Assembly: GCA_030295235.1 (NCBI GenBank)
Contig: AP026130.1
Location: 496,001-560,000, forward strand
DNA length: 64,000 bases
Direction: 5' to 3'
Origin: Fistulifera solaris
Lineage: Eukaryota
The notes beneath the pieces were generated by a model. It was not told the DNA's origin, made no database searches, and worked only from the letters and a program-made list of their open reading frames with translations. Below, in pieces: positions 23,694 through 37,797 of this stretch; the stretch's first letter is position 1, and the number at the start of each line of letters is the position of its first letter. A program made the position numbers and the translations under genes.

Positions 23694-25958
23694 TTATGTC
23701 ATTGTAAGGGTTACGCCTTGGTTGTTTTCGTCGTCATCAACGGCGGAAGGCGGTGCTGCCATGTCGTCTCCCTCGACGTCTTCGCTAGGTAGCGGAGCGT
23801 GAGCACCTTGTGACTGCGAATTTCCTGCAGGGTCTTCACCATATAAAATCGCATCAGCGGCTTTTATGGCTCTCGGTCCGTCCCAAAGATCTTTCAACTC
23901 TCCTTGTCGCCATCCAATGTAGCTCATCGTCCCGAGACAGCTTGGTACAAGATAAAGTAGAGCTGGCTGCCCCATCTCCATCAAGTATACTGCCGCGTTC
24001 GCCATGAACAAACCAATTGCGTATGCAATCACAAGTGGACCAAAGTATCCACGAAAACATAGACAGCTTGACAAAAGCCTTTGCTCCGGACAAGTTGTTG
24101 CTATTCTACCACTACCTCCGCCCATGATACCAACCAAAGATTTGGCCGCATCGTATCGTGCAGCAAAACTGAGAAGGAGACCTGGAAGAACAATATCGCC
24201 AAGACCCAGCAAACTTGCTCCTCCTTGGTAATCAAAGAATCGCGGAATCGTCAGAAGCATGGGCAACGGGTTGCCCCCTTGGCAGTTCGCATCGTCAGGG
24301 TATTTTTCGCACCATGAAGCATCTGCCGTGGGCGGTCCACCACTAGTTGCAACTGTAATCATGATTGACTTCTTAAAGATATAAGGTGTAATGAACACAA
24401 AGAAGATATCATAGAAGAATGCCACAACCAAAAGTATCGACGCTACTTCGATGCTGTTCAGCCGGATAGTCTTCAGAAACATGATGCACATACAAGATCC
24501 AAAAATGTTCTGGGTAATCCAGAAAAACGTTCTTGCTTCGGCGTTTCGGTCTGTGAATGCGATCACAAGCCACGCCAGTGCTATTACGTAAGCGATCAAG
24601 AACGACAGCATCTGGGAGACTCGGATATCTCCAAAATCTTCCGTGCCTGTTCTCCACGCGATGGGATCACTCGTACCGAGATGCTTACGAATCCTGTTCA
24701 ACGACGGTTGGAGGATCACTTGCGCTAGTGCATTGCTGCAACCCTGGGTAAGTAATGTTGAAGCGAGTGACGATGTGAGGAGCAAGTTTTCGAGCATTCA
24801 CAATCACAGATTTACTTACAAATGCGTACATAACTTTGACGACTCCATAAATTTTGAAGTAAAAGAGAATCATTAAGCTGGAGGATGCCATAATGATGAA
24901 GCCCAAGGCATGCATGGGCGTCAATTCTAACGTTTCATCGGGGTGAGTTGTAGGTCGATGAGCGGGTCTCGGTTGACGCCCTGGCTCAGGTGATTCGCGC
25001 TGGCGTGTTTGCGCTCGTACAATTTTGTTTGAGAGCTTGCGGTAGTCATCGGCCGTAAGGTACGCGGCCAGAGCAGCGACAAACACACCGAGCGCCCAAA
25101 TAACACCCGATGAAATATTCCATTCGGGCTTCCAACGGGCATACAACCTCACATGTTGCAATTCTTCTCCCCCAAATAACCAAAGAGTTGATCGGCTTGT
25201 TCCATTGTGACGTACGCGGCCGGGATCGTCGTTTCCTCTTCAATGGAACGATCATCATACAGCCAAATGGGTAAATCCCAAGCACAACATGCTTCTCGAT
25301 TTGAACCACTCTCTTTGCCCGTCAGTAAGCAAGATTTAGAAGGGCAGTTCATCAGCTTGTCATCGGATAGCTTCTGGCACAGGTTCGTGTCCGAGTCACC
25401 CGACAGCAGGAGATTGTTTTGCATGGCATTGTAAGGAAGCGGATCAAATGATAGTGCACTGGAAGGAATCATGGCTTGACCCATGGAACAATCATAATCC
25501 AATTTATCTGCAGGATAGACGATGTCATTCATTGTGTATTGATAGTCTGTTTCATTGGTGATATTGAGCTGATAGCGCCCTTCTAATGCCCCGTAAATCA
25601 ACACGGCACTCGCTCCCATTTTCTGGGCATTACAAACTTTCGTCTTGAAGGAACAGACACCACGAGGAATCATGATGATGCTGTTTAATGGGTAAGTTGT
25701 CGACTCGACGACCTCACACAGAAAGTGGTGCTCATTGCTGGCGGGTATGGGTCCGATCAGTTGCAACCGGGGACTCTCTTCCTCTTTCATTGAAGGGATC
25801 GGGGGAAAGAATGCTTGTGAAGCAAGCATCGTAACTGGATCATCGTTTTTGAAGCTAATGTCCAAAACGAGTGTCTGTAAAACACATTCCGTTGCTTTTG
25901 TAAAAAATAATAGAAAAAGAAGAAAGATTTTCTTTGCGTAGCCGCCGTTTGAGCTCAT
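23694..25958 (-). CDS. Signal peptide peptidase-like (SPPL2-type) aspartyl intramembrane protease with PA domain; intron 24744-24819, frameshift 25169-25173
   Basis: PA motif IPRGVCSFKTKVCNAQKMGASAVLIY; catalytic FFYDIFFVF, LLGLGDIVLPG, and GQPALLYLVP. Confidence 0.92.
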
Positions 25959-26740
25959 CGTCGAATCAAATTCTTCTTGGCGAAGCGTATTATGAAAAAT
26001 AGAGGTTCTCTTGTGGATCTGTGAACGTGAAACTGCTTTCGTCGACCGATTCGGAAGGATCAAGCAATATATTGAATTTCAGAACTATGAACGAAAAGGA
26101 CTAGCAAAACTACAACAAGCTTTTTATCCTCATACCAGGTAACTGATCATCATCGTCGTTGTCGCGATGATTCGCGATCGACGACGCGGAGGCGCGGAGG
26201 AGCCGTTTCGATCAAGCAAAATCAGACTCACTATGTACAGAACGTCATCGGACATACATCATACATGAAATATCATACCCTTGATTTACTCTATGACTCG
26301 ATATGATCCATTTTTTTCTCAACGGTAAACCTTAGTACCGGTGCCTGGTACTGCTGGTATGTGACATGTGACACACACACGTACTCGTATTTGACACGGG
26401 CAATTAGCAATCACCAATCACCAATCACGCGAGGATAGGCGCGGTGACCTATCATCACGAATATCATTTTGATCAGCTATCATCCAAGATCAAGAGGAAT
26501 CTATCATCGTTTTTGAAAAAACTTTATACGAGCGCGAGAGCTTGTATAGAATGCACCGCCAATGAAGCACGCTTTCTAGACAAGATACAATCAATTACAA
26601 GAGAGGCACACAACTAAAAAAGAGCCAACAAATCGATGCGACTAAAGATGATTCTTATTGCGCGAAATAAACTACCGGTACTAATGATATGATATGCATG
26701 TGTACAGAGTGGAAATCGGCTCACAATCTCGACCGTGTAT

Positions 26741-27417
26741 TTAGGCAGCGAGCTTGGCTGTGATGGTAGCAAAGTGCTTTCCATGATTCTCGCAAATCGA
26801 CAACTCCAATTCTGAAGGCATGCGAGAGCCGTCACCCTGTTGACAAACAAATCAAATGAGAACTTGACTTTCATCAAAAACACAAAATAAGTACAAACTA
26901 ATGATCTTACATTCGCAAAAGTTCCCGATCCGTAGGGCGAAGCACCGTGGATCTCTTCCAAATTGAAGACTTGCGGGTCCGTGTATCCCAAAGGCACAAA
27001 GCACATGCCCTGGTGAGAGAAGAAACTGAAGCAGCTCATGTTGACCGACTCTTGTCCGCCACCCAAAGTAGCGACACTGGTAAAGGTACCGGCGGCCTTG
27101 CCCGTCATGGCTCCCCTTTGCCAGAGGCCACCGCAAGAGTCCATAAAGGTCTTGATCTGCGCCGGCATGGCTCCGAAGCGTCCACTGAGACCGAACAGGA
27201 CACCATCATACTCGGCCATCTTGTCGGGAGTGATGATGGGGTGATCTTGTTTCGGAGGAGCACCCATCTTGCCCAAGATCTCGTCGGACAAGGTCTCGGC
27301 GACTTGATAAATGTCGCACGTGGCTCCGGCGGCTTCGACGCCTTTGGCGACCGACTTGGCCATGGTAGCCACGTGGCCGTAGAGGGAGTAGTAGACGATG
27401 GCGATTTTGGCGGGCAT
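26741..27417 (-). CDS. WrbA-type flavodoxin-like NAD(P)H:quinone oxidoreductase; intron 26837-26910
   Basis: KIAIVYYSLYGHV, RFGAMPAQIKTFMD, GGGQES, HGASPYGSGTFAN|GDGSRMPSELE. Confidence 0.93.
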
Positions 27418-27934
27418 GGTTGCTTTGTCTGGTGCTGATGGACGAGCGGCGAGTTGCGGTGTTCGGTTGTGTTTTATGAAACGACGAGCCATCAAAAAGC
27501 AATCGAAACGAACCGGAAAGAAAGTCACGTCATTCCGAGTCTCCATCATCTTGGCCGCAATAACGCCGCACCCGTAGCCTTTCTACACAAACTCTACGAG
27601 ACGCGAATACGAAGCTCTTTTATTGAATGTTCGGCGATGTTCAGTGACGCATATCTCCGCATGTGACGTGGAAAGTGGGACTTGGCTCTCAATGTCGTCA
27701 CTGACTTCATCCCCGATGCGACCCTTGAGAGAGAATGCCCTTTTGAGTCACGACCTTGCAGTCACGCAGACACTGGGGCCGCGGACGCGATCTTTCGCGT
27801 GTCGAAGAACGCGTTTACTCCCACACGTCCATTTGTCATCGTCCTCGCTTAGATGATAATAAAAACGTTTGCTGTGTTTGACAAAGCCTAATTCAAACGA
27901 ACTCTTCAGCAACAAAAATAGGACAAAGCGAAAA

Positions 27935-30900
27935 ATGGAGGGCGTTTCGTTGAACGCGGACGAAATCGCTGCCGGACGTAATTGGAGTGAGGTTCTTCAA
28001 AATCCGACCGAGCCGTCGAACGGGGAAGAAACGAATCCGCAGGTAGCAGAACCTCTTGAAATGATTCAAGAAAACGAAACAAACCAAAGAAATCTACGAA
28101 AGCCGGCTGTCAGGACCAACTACGGCGAAGATTATCCCGATTTCAGCGAACACGACGATACGGCGGTAGGAATGAAAACGAGGAGTGCTCGACGAGGCAG
28201 CCAAGCTACGGTAATTCCAGCCAAGAAGAACGACAAACCGAAAGCTAGCATTTCTTCTTTGGTTACCAGCAACGATGAAATCATCACCCTCTCACCAACT
28301 GTAAAAACGGCGCGGATCAAGAAGAACAAAGACCAGCCACCCGTCGAGCAACCACCCGATTCTACCCCCGCCACCAAGAGTGCCAGAAAACCGAAAGGAC
28401 GTCCAGCCCCCAACAGGACCGTTGTGAGCGTTCTCGAACGCGTGGACCAGTGCGAGGAAATAGGATGGGAGAAACCGACGAGTCGTCGACGAAAATCCTT
28501 TGGTTCGTTCCAAGAGACGACACCGTTCCGGGTGACGAAGGAACAGAAAAGAACGCTGGAAGGCCCAGTGGTTGAGCCCGCAGTCAAGAAGACGAAACGT
28601 GTCTATCCAAAGAAAGCGCCGAAAGCGACGATTCAACTAGAAATGGGGACGGTTGTGGAAGAAATAAAACCGCGTGCTGAGCAGATTGAACAAACCGAAG
28701 CAAAATCGAACAGTCAAGCTAGTGTTGCATTATTAAAAATGACGATGGAGGAACCGAAAGGTTTGGCGCTCGTAAAGACTGACGATGCGCTGGCCCGAGG
28801 AAGCTTTTACATGGCGAACGACGCCATGACGTTGATTCATGGCATAGGTAACGATGCGCGGCGACAGGACATGCAAGAAACGCCGATTCAGCTTCTGGAT
28901 ACTACTTTAATTGCTGACGAAAAAGAAAAACAAGAGACTGAATCGTCATCTCTTGACGACACCGGTGCTGAGTCTAGCCGAGTGGAGAGTGAACTTGCTG
29001 TCAACCGAACGGTGCTGCCGGAACAGACGCACGAAAATGGACCGGAATTTGAAGCACCCGCGAAGGGACGTCAAGATAAGAAAGCTCTCCGAGGGAAGAA
29101 AAAACAAGCACGTCGAATTTCTAAATCGTCGCGAATGACACAGGAGAATGATTTAGACGCTACGACGCCTAAAGAGACGAGCGCTACGCCAACTCGAGAA
29201 AGCGCGTTCTGTTCGGACGACACCGCTACGTTGAACCATGCAACAGCGAACGGTGCTCAGCAGCAGATGGTACAAGAAGCTTCGGACAAGTCGGGCAAGA
29301 GCTCTCCGACTGTCGAAGGAAAGTCCGAAGAAGAACAACATGAATTGAGTGCTTTCAAAACCATGGATGGCCAGCCGAGCCAGTTGGAAAGCGAACCCGC
29401 AATAAGCCAAGCGACGTCGCCGAAACCGACACAGGAGAATGGATCAGAGATCAAAGCATCTTTGAAAGGGCGGCGAGGCAAACAAACTAGCCGAGGACTG
29501 GCGAATCAAGTACCTCGAACAAGATCATCGTCACGATTGGCAATAAAGAAACACGCAGAAGAATTGACGGTTTTTAATATCAGCGATGCACAAGGCTCCG
29601 AAAAGTATTGCGCTTCGAACGGTGCTAAGATTCATGCAACAGCGAACGATGCTCAGCTACAAAATTCGCAAGAAACACCGATCAAGTTGGTTGAGACTAC
29701 TTCGAGTGTTGACGGAAAGTCCGAAGAAGAACAATCCGTATTGAATACTTCCAAAGTTAGTCAAGTGGACAGTGAATTCGCAGTCAATGTAACGGTACTG
29801 CCGGGACCGACACTCGGAACTGAACAACAACTTGACGCAAATAAGAAGGGAAGCCAAGATAGTCAACCTTCTTGGGTACAGAGAAGCCAAGTTCATCCAA
29901 GAAGATCTGCATCGTCGCGCACGAAAACTGAGAACGAACCAGACGCTGCTACGTTCATAGAGACGAACAATACGCATTGTTCGGACACACCTGATATGAT
30001 GAACCATGCAACAGCGAGCGACAATCAGTTACAAGTTGCGCAAGAAACGCCGGTCAAGCCGGTCGAGACTGTTTCGATTGCTGACGAAAAGTCCGAAGAA
30101 ACGCAATATGAATTAAGTTCTTTAAAAACTATTGATGTTGAGCCGAGCCAATTGGAGACTGGACTGACAGTCAGCCAACCGATTTTTGTGGAGTCGACGC
30201 ATGAAAGTGAACCAAAGATTAAAGCACCTTTGAAAAGGCGCCGACGTACACTATCCAACCGAGGAAAGACAAAACGTGAGCGTCAAAAACGATCTTCTTT
30301 GACGCGGACGGAAGAGAAAGATACGACAACTTTAACGGCTGGCGAGGCAAGTGGTATTCATGCAACAGGAAACGATACACAGAGACAAGGGACGCGAAAA
30401 GCGTTGGTCAGGGCGACTGAGAATGCTGAGGTAGCTGACAAGGAACCCAAAAATGCTCAACAACATGAATTAAGTCCTTTTAAAGCCATGGATGCCCAAC
30501 ATGGCCAGCGGGAGAACGAGCCTTCTCTCACGTTGCCGGAATCGACGCTTGAAAGGGCTGAGGGGTCCGTACTGGACTTTTCAGAAAAGGAACATGAATA
30601 TGAGCAACCGTGCCAAGGAAACACGAGACAAGGGCGTCGAACCACAAAGAAGGTACATGAAACTTCTGAGTTTCTAGAGCCGAGCGATAGTCGAACGGAA
30701 TCATGCTCTTTCCCTTCGATCGACGCTAAGGAGTTTAACCATTTAGATAGTCAACGACAAGAAGCGGGACACGCGTCGTGCCAGGGAAATCAGTCTTTCA
30801 TTCCTAGAACAGACGAAGCGACTAAAGAACGTGGTCGAAGAACATCTTCGAGAGTCGGTCGGCAGGAAAACGAACGTGCACAAAAGAGACCGCGCCGAAC

Positions 30901-33741
30901 AAGTCAAAGTGGATCACTGAAAACAATACCACGTACGGAAGCGGAAGCGTTGGCACCTGCCGATACGGGCGCTGCTCCTACAGCAAATGAAGACGACGAC
31001 ATCTCACGCAAAACAAAAGCAAGAACATCTTTATCAGCATCTAGACGTCTGGCGGGCATGAAAGCTTCCGCATCAATCTTCCCCAGATCCAAGAAGTTGA
31101 GTTCTTCGCAAACAAAAGGAACGCCGATCCGATCATCAGCTACAACGGTTGCAACTCATTTAGAACCAAAGTACAATAAGAACTCAGGATCGGAAGATAT
31201 GTCTAACGAGGACAATGAACGCTTTCACAAACCCCAGAGGATGAATGCTAAAAGAAGTGCTGTTACACTTGGACGGCGTAGTCTCGCTCCTTTGAAGAGT
31301 CCTCCGCCTCTACCACAACCACCAGAAGGATTGAAAGGCAAGTGGACGTACACAGACGAAACTCGAATGTTCCTTGCAGACTTCAGGGATCTTGCACAAG
31401 TCCCAGAGGAGGACATGAAGTTTTTACTAGAGCTCATGGCCAGAGACGATCTTGTGGTGGTCTCTGAAGGGCTTTGGAATCCCGCCTTTGAGAAACTTTT
31501 ACGGCTTGAGTATTTGGAGGCCGCTTTCGGAAATCAAATCCAGCATAAATTTCGCATGTTTTCAAAGAAGAAGGAAGGTGGTTATGCTGAGAAACCAGAA
31601 GGATTGTCCATGTGTGCAAAGGACTTTTTCCAATATTTAAAAATGAAAGTAGGGAAGGAAGGTGTCAGCAGGAGATTTGCATTCACGGACTTCAAAGGAA
31701 AACGCCACGAAATCGACGTCGATGAGGTCTCCATATACTTGATTGATTGCGATTTACCAAAGATTTTACCTTTGTTCTATGACAAGTACCTCGACCACTG
31801 CAAGATACCTGAGATCTTGCCGGGAGGAGAGATGTGTATGATGAATGCTGTGAGTTTCGTTTGAGAGTCGTTTATACATGATTGTGCTGCCCTCACCACT
31901 TTCCCTTTTCTCCAGATGAATCGTGAGGGACGACCATTCATGGGGCCCAATCTGTACATTGCACCAGGTGGAGGATTTACAAGTCTGCATCAAGACGGGG
32001 AGGTGCGTACCATCGCCAATGCTGACTAATGCGATACAGGCATTTTCACAATTGTATGAATTTGTACAGGGGACTGTGGATTCTGGCCATTCATGTATCA
32101 CCGGATATAATGAAGTTGTAATGCTTCGGCGAATGCCAGAAGAACATAAGCATTTCGCCGCCGAACAGCTTGGGTATGATGGGGTGCATCGTTTGCCCCA
32201 TGATGTTGGCACGAAGTACGAAAACATTTGGCCAAAAAAGTCTGTCATTAAGAAGTGGGAAGAAATGAAGTAAGTAGTTGTAGCTGCAGTCACATAGCAA
32301 ATTCTATCGCTCACCGCCACGTCAAAGTTACTGTCCTTCTGTATTTGTACTCCGGCCTGGTCAGCATTTGCATATTAACAAAGGCCGTCTTCACACCTTC
32401 CGCAAAGTCAATTCGGAACCCCTCGAAGAAGATGACTGCCACTATGAACTTAGAAAGGATCTTCTAGTTGGTGGCATTTCTAGGCGAGATGAGCTTTGTA
32501 TCAGCATAGCTTTTGATTGGTAAGTGAGCAAACGATTAGGTACATCGACCTATTTCCATCTGACTCTAAATGATCCCCACGCTAGGATGTTTCTTGGCCA
32601 TTCGCGGGAGGCCATCGACGAGGAGCTTAAAACGGCTTTGCAGTGTGCAGATATTTGCAGGAAAGTGGGCACTTCATCTCTTGGAATTCCAGAAACGTGC
32701 TTGCTGAAGATAGCTAAGCTTTTATCGCATGACGCCGGAACGATTTGTAATGAGCTTCTACATCCAATTCGCAATGCGGCATGCCAAGGAATTTTACCCC
32801 ACCTTCAAGCTATTGTACAACGTGAAATCGAATCAGGGACCGGCATCTCAAACAAGGCAAAAATAGCTGATAATCAACAGGATCCAGATTCCTATAGTAT
32901 CGATCCCTTCGGCGCCGACTATTTTTGTCAGACTTGCAAAAAGGAACTGGCAAATACCTACTTCCACTGTTTAGGATGTGAACGCCTTCTACAAAAAGAC
33001 TTGAACATTTGCAGGATGTGCCTAGAGGAGAAGAAGTATGGGACAAACATACGTATGGGTGTCGCGTGCAAAAGTCGTAATAGCGACATCATTCATGCTG
33101 GAATGCTGAATAAGAATAGCAACACGAAAGGATGCTCGTGTCGTCAAGGCATTTGTAGGGAATGTGGTTTTTGCAAAAGCTGCTCCTGTCGCTGCCATCA
33201 TGAGTTTCAACTTCATTATCGTTTTTTTACGGCTGATGAATTGAAAGATATGGTTAAGCGTGTTGGAGAATTGGCTAAAGCAAGCGATGGGCACTTGCAA
33301 TCTTTTGCTGAGACACCTCAGCTGACAGCCGAAGCGGGAAATCTCAGCGTCAAACATATTAAGAGAAAGGCCGTCCTTCCAGTTTGCGACACTGACATTC
33401 AAAAGAACTGTGGTGAGGCCGAACCTTGTGTACAGCAAGTGCTGCCACTGCCGGTCGACGGCACAGATACAGTCACGAGCGATATTGTGAGACATGATAC
33501 ACCCTCGATTGGTGCTGCCGGGATTTCCTCAAATCGTTCTTCCTCCCCTGATACGGACGAGACACCCACATTGGAACCACTGACGCAACAGGACAACCAA
33601 ACCGATAACCACGGCGCGACACAAGGTGCAATTTCTGCCTCACCACATCTAGTTACTCCAAAAGACCTTTCTCTTGATGGGAAGGCCTATCAACCGCTTT
33701 ACCAGGATGTCAAAAACAATGTTTTCACAAGCCCTTTTTGA
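27935..33741 (+). CDS. Large JmjC-domain protein with disordered repetitive N-terminus and Cys-rich C-terminal zinc fingers; introns 31850-31916, 32003-32069, 32270-32327, 32520-32585
   Basis: Spliced MGPNLYIAPGGGFTSLHQDGEGTVDSGH (HxD) and LRPGQHLHINKGRLHTFRK...SIAFDW (distal His). Followed by CQTCKKELANTYFHCLGC and CSCRQGICRECGFCKSCSCRCH. Confidence 0.8.
28835..30560 (+). repeat. Five diverged in-frame repeats of about 120-133 aa inside the JmjC gene
   Basis: Units start (I/N)HAT(A/G)(N/S)D...QETP...(A/V)D.KSEE.Q.ELS..K near 28835, 29233, 29630, 30002 and 30356. Confidence 0.8.
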
Positions 33742-33807
33742 GCTCGGATCGTTTGCGGTTACGATAATTATCTATGGATTAAAGCTGTAAAATATAGTGG
33801 TAGTCTT

Positions 33808-35984
33808 CTACGATTTTTGGGCTACTAGTGACGGATCATTTTGCAGTAATGAATGTGGACCATGAGGCATGATACCCGGGCTGCAATTATGATTCGATTC
33901 GAAAGAACCGTGAGCATGAAAGAAGAAAAGAATGAATGTCCATGAATGCAGCAGAACCAAGTAACACACTGATACGGGGCAGGGTAAGAAGGTGTGTTTT
34001 GACGAACTTCCGTCGTGTTGTTATAAACTTACCGAAAAATAGTCTTGCAATCGGATTATAACGTAGAACATTTCCACTTTGCGAAAGTATTGTGTCCACC
34101 GCATCTAGACTTTTGCCAAGTTTCGTACTTCCGTCGTTAGGATTTGAGTTTAAGAATAAAGCCGAACTCATCGAGGTTTGGAAGCCGCTTGCTGGCTTCC
34201 TTCTTGTCCGACCACGCAACCGCACCTTAGTACCTATTTCAATGTCATCGGCACCATCAGAGGACGTACGCGACCTTTCAAGCGTATCTTCGGCCTTCTC
34301 CGCTCGGCTGATGGCGGCTTTAAGACGGCTCTTCAAAGTAGCAATCTCGCTCTTGCAGCTGGTGACTAACTCACGTTGTCGAAAAAGGTCCTCTGAGAGC
34401 GCTTTCGATTCACTTGCGTCATTCAGACCCAGATTCTTTCCAGAGTCCAACCTCTTTGCTTCATCGAGGTCACGCTTTAATGAAATGATTTCATTGCTCA
34501 TTTCTTGAAGTTTGCGATCGGACTCGACATGTCGTGTAGCCGATGTTGATATTTCGTCGGCGCGTTCTCTTGTCAAAGATCGAACTTCCCGCTGCAGCAT
34601 ATCGCATTTCTGTTTTTCAAGTGTCAATTGAGCTTCCAAGGCTTCTATTTCATTTGAGAGATCGTGTTGAAAACCTGATGTATCCATGGTTTGTTCCTTC
34701 GCCAATCGAGCATTCACAGATGATTTCGCTTCCACCAAAGCAGCCCCAAGCTCCGCAACGGTCTTCTCCAATTCCGCCTCCCTATGATTCCGTTGACTTA
34801 TTTGTCGGGCGTGCAGCGAAAGAGCCTGATCTAATCTGTCTTCCGCCTCGCGCTCTCTGGCCATGGCATTGTCTGCCGTTTGTGTCAAGGATTCCAACCT
34901 ACTTCCAAGAGCTTCTTGTTGCGCCTGTAAGGTCCCAATCTGCGTTAAAAATGTCGTCTTCTCATCTTCGAGCAGCGCAATCTTTTGCATCAATTCCTGT
35001 TCGCGTTGCACAGCGTCTGACAATTCTCTATTCATATCGCCGCCCTCTTGCATACGGCGCTGCTCCAGTTCATGAAATTGTCGTCGTGCTTCCTCTAATT
35101 GCGCATTGGATCTACTCTTTGCATCTTCCAAGGCTTGTTCGTGCTTCGCCTTCAACAATTGCACTTCATCGGCATGTCGCTTCTTTTCCGCCTCTTTCTC
35201 TTGCTGATACCGAGTCCGATCCTTTTCGATCCGTTCCGCGGCTCGTTCGAGCTCCTCACGTTGCGCTTGTATTTCTGTTTCGGCTTGTTCCAGCTGTGAA
35301 TTGAGTTTCACTACGTGTCGTTTCAGTGTCTTCACTTCTTTTGCAGTTCGCGCGATGATGCAGACTCGTCCGGTTGTGATGACGGCTCCACCACTTTCAA
35401 GTGACTTTTTAAATTGCTGAAAAGGGCCCCGCCCGCCACTCGAAACGGTGTCATATTGAATTGGGAGGATTGCTGCGTTTCGGATTGTATTTCGCTGTCC
35501 ACCGGGATATTGACGGATTCCGCATGTTCAGCGAAAGGTTGTTTCAACGGAGTCTCGTCGATCGGAAGAGTAGCCGCCGTTTGAATATCGTTCTCCGTCG
35601 TCTCTGGAGTAAATTTCTCGATACTGCTCGCTTCCTGAGTCTGCTGTAGATCTAATACAGATCGCACTGGTGTTCTGCTTCGTCGTTGACCGACTCGGAG
35701 AGGGATTGTTCAGGCCAAGCATTCGGATCAAATTTTTCCTCTAATTCAATCTTTACAGGTACTTCTTCCTCCTTTCCTTCCAAAGCAATCTCTTCTTCCT
35801 GCGCGGCTTCTTTCAATTGACCTGCCTCATCGTCATCATCATCATCCTGTTGCAGACCACGAGCGGCCAAAATACTGGCAATATCCTTACGATCCTCGGA
35901 CTGCAATCGTTCGTCAGCGACTTTTTCGGCTTGATCATCTAATTTTTCTAAGAATTGCCCCACATTTTGCAGCCACTGTGACAT
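33808..35984 (-). CDS. Golgin-84-like coiled-coil tail-anchored protein; intron 33969-34032, two frameshifts (~35673, 35339-35342)
   Basis: N-terminal MSQWLQNVGQFLEKLD, a long coiled coil, and C-terminal LRYNPIARLFFVCYLVLLHSWTFILF resembling the golgin-84 TM. Confidence 0.75.
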
Positions 35985-36315
35985 TTTTAATCCTTTCCTT
36001 CAATGGTAATGTTAATGAAACGGTGTTTGTTGATTTTAATAACAATATCTTCGCACAAGGCACTTCGACATCGACAACAACAGAAAATGTCGCGTTTTGC
36101 CGTTTGTCACAAACCTGCGGTCACAATGCAAATTATGTGTCTTACCGTGACCCACAACCCGTACTTTTGTAACGAATGTACGATTCAGAACCCGGATGCT
36201 GTCACGCTATCATCGGTGATTTTTGCATGGATGAGAAATTCCGACCGCCTATTATTGTTCCTTCACTGACATTGCTTATCCCTCACAAATTTCCATTATA
36301 CTTGAGAACAAAAGC

Positions 36316-37713
36316 ATGAGTTCTGTATTCGATAATTGCAACGATTCTTGTGGCTGGGTGGCGGGTATTCTGGCCGCCATCGCGTACGGTTGCTTTGGTG
36401 TGCCCATCAAGGAAACCGCTCATGTGGAGGTTCATCCGCTGATTTTACAGTCCTACAAAACCGGAACCATGTTCGTTTGCTGTTGGTGGGTCATGGCCAT
36501 GGGAGTGGATGTTGCCTTCACGCCGTGGGGAATATTGTCCGGATTCTTGTGGGTTTTGGGAGGAACGGGCGGTATCTATGCCATACGTTTGGCGGGGATG
36601 GCGGTGAGTGTCGGAACATGGGCGTCGGTCATGATTTGTGTCAATTTTGTTTGGGGCATCTTGATCTTTCGGGAGCCTGTGGCGAGTATTTACGGCACGA
36701 TGGGTGCTTTTGCCCTTCTCGGGTGCGGATTGGTCGGTATGAGCTGGAATGCATCACCTCCCCAGCGATTGTCGGAGCGTTCACAACTGATTCCGAGTAC
36801 ATCCACCGAACTACTCAAAGCAGAGGAAGCTACCGCATCCGGAGCTGTACCAAAGCGAAGGCAGGTTGATAAACGTAGGATAGAATTGGCAGGTACAGCA
36901 GACCAAGCTGCCACAGAGGAAGCTCATCAGGCGTTGACGCGAAGCAACTCCCACAACTCAGTTCAGGAAGGCATGAACAAAGATGATGCCGACGACGATA
37001 ATAATAACGACATACCGAGCCCTTCATCGCGAGTCATGCTGCTTGGCGTGAATATGACGAGACATCAGGCGGGACTTTGTGGAGCTGTATTCAATGGCAT
37101 CATGTCGGGAAGCTCACTACTTCCCCCTCCATTTTGCGAAAAAGGAAGGTTTTGGCGGGGCCCGTTACATGATAAGCTACGCTACGGGAGCATTACTTTC
37201 CAACGGCTTCATATGGTGCTGCTTTGTTGGCTTCAAATTGAGGCAGGTATCGGCGACGAACGATTCTGGTTCGGTGGTACTGCAAACGTACGCCAGTCTA
37301 CCTAGCTGGCACTGTAGAAAACTGTGGTTACCAGGAGTTACAGCAGGTTGGTTTCCCAGACGTCGCTTGCTGTGTTGTCATGGACTTTCGTCTTCTCACT
37401 ATTTTCTCTCCCAGGTTTACTACTAACGATCGCCATGTTTGGCACTATCCTATCTACCACATATCTCGGTCAAGGTATAGGCAATAGTATCGTGCAGTCG
37501 AAGATATTAATAAGGTACGAACATGTTGTCGGTTTCAAGGTCGAGTACAAGGTTATCTGACTTCTTTGCAGTGGGCTATGGGGGATATTTTGGTACAAAG
37601 AAGTATCTGGACTAGAAAAAATAGTGAAATGGTTTATTTCTGCGACGCTAACAGTCTTGGGCATCATCTGCCTCAGCTACGAGCGACTTCATGCTATTCA
37701 TAAGGAAGGATAG
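36316..37713 (+). CDS. TMEM144-like DMT-superfamily transporter; frameshift 37123-37127 and two short introns
   Basis: A.IAYGCFGVPIK, FTPWGILSG.LW, GMAVSVGTW, LGQGIGNSIVQ...SGLWGIFWYKEV. Confidence 0.75.
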
Positions 37714-37797
37714 AAAAAAATTTGTATAAAGTGGAACGATCTGCTATTGCAGCGTAATAAGAGCATAGGAAGCTTGAATTCTATATTGAGTAATTCA

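Noticed and set aside
26408..26428. (CAATCAC)3, and (TTCATCG)3 at 59288-59308
   Set aside because: Very short tandem repeats consistent with slippage; no evidence of function
26947..27502. Antisense and alternate-frame ORFs over WrbA (similarly over golgin and Timeless)
   Set aside because: Expected shadows of biased codon usage or low-complexity coding on the true strand
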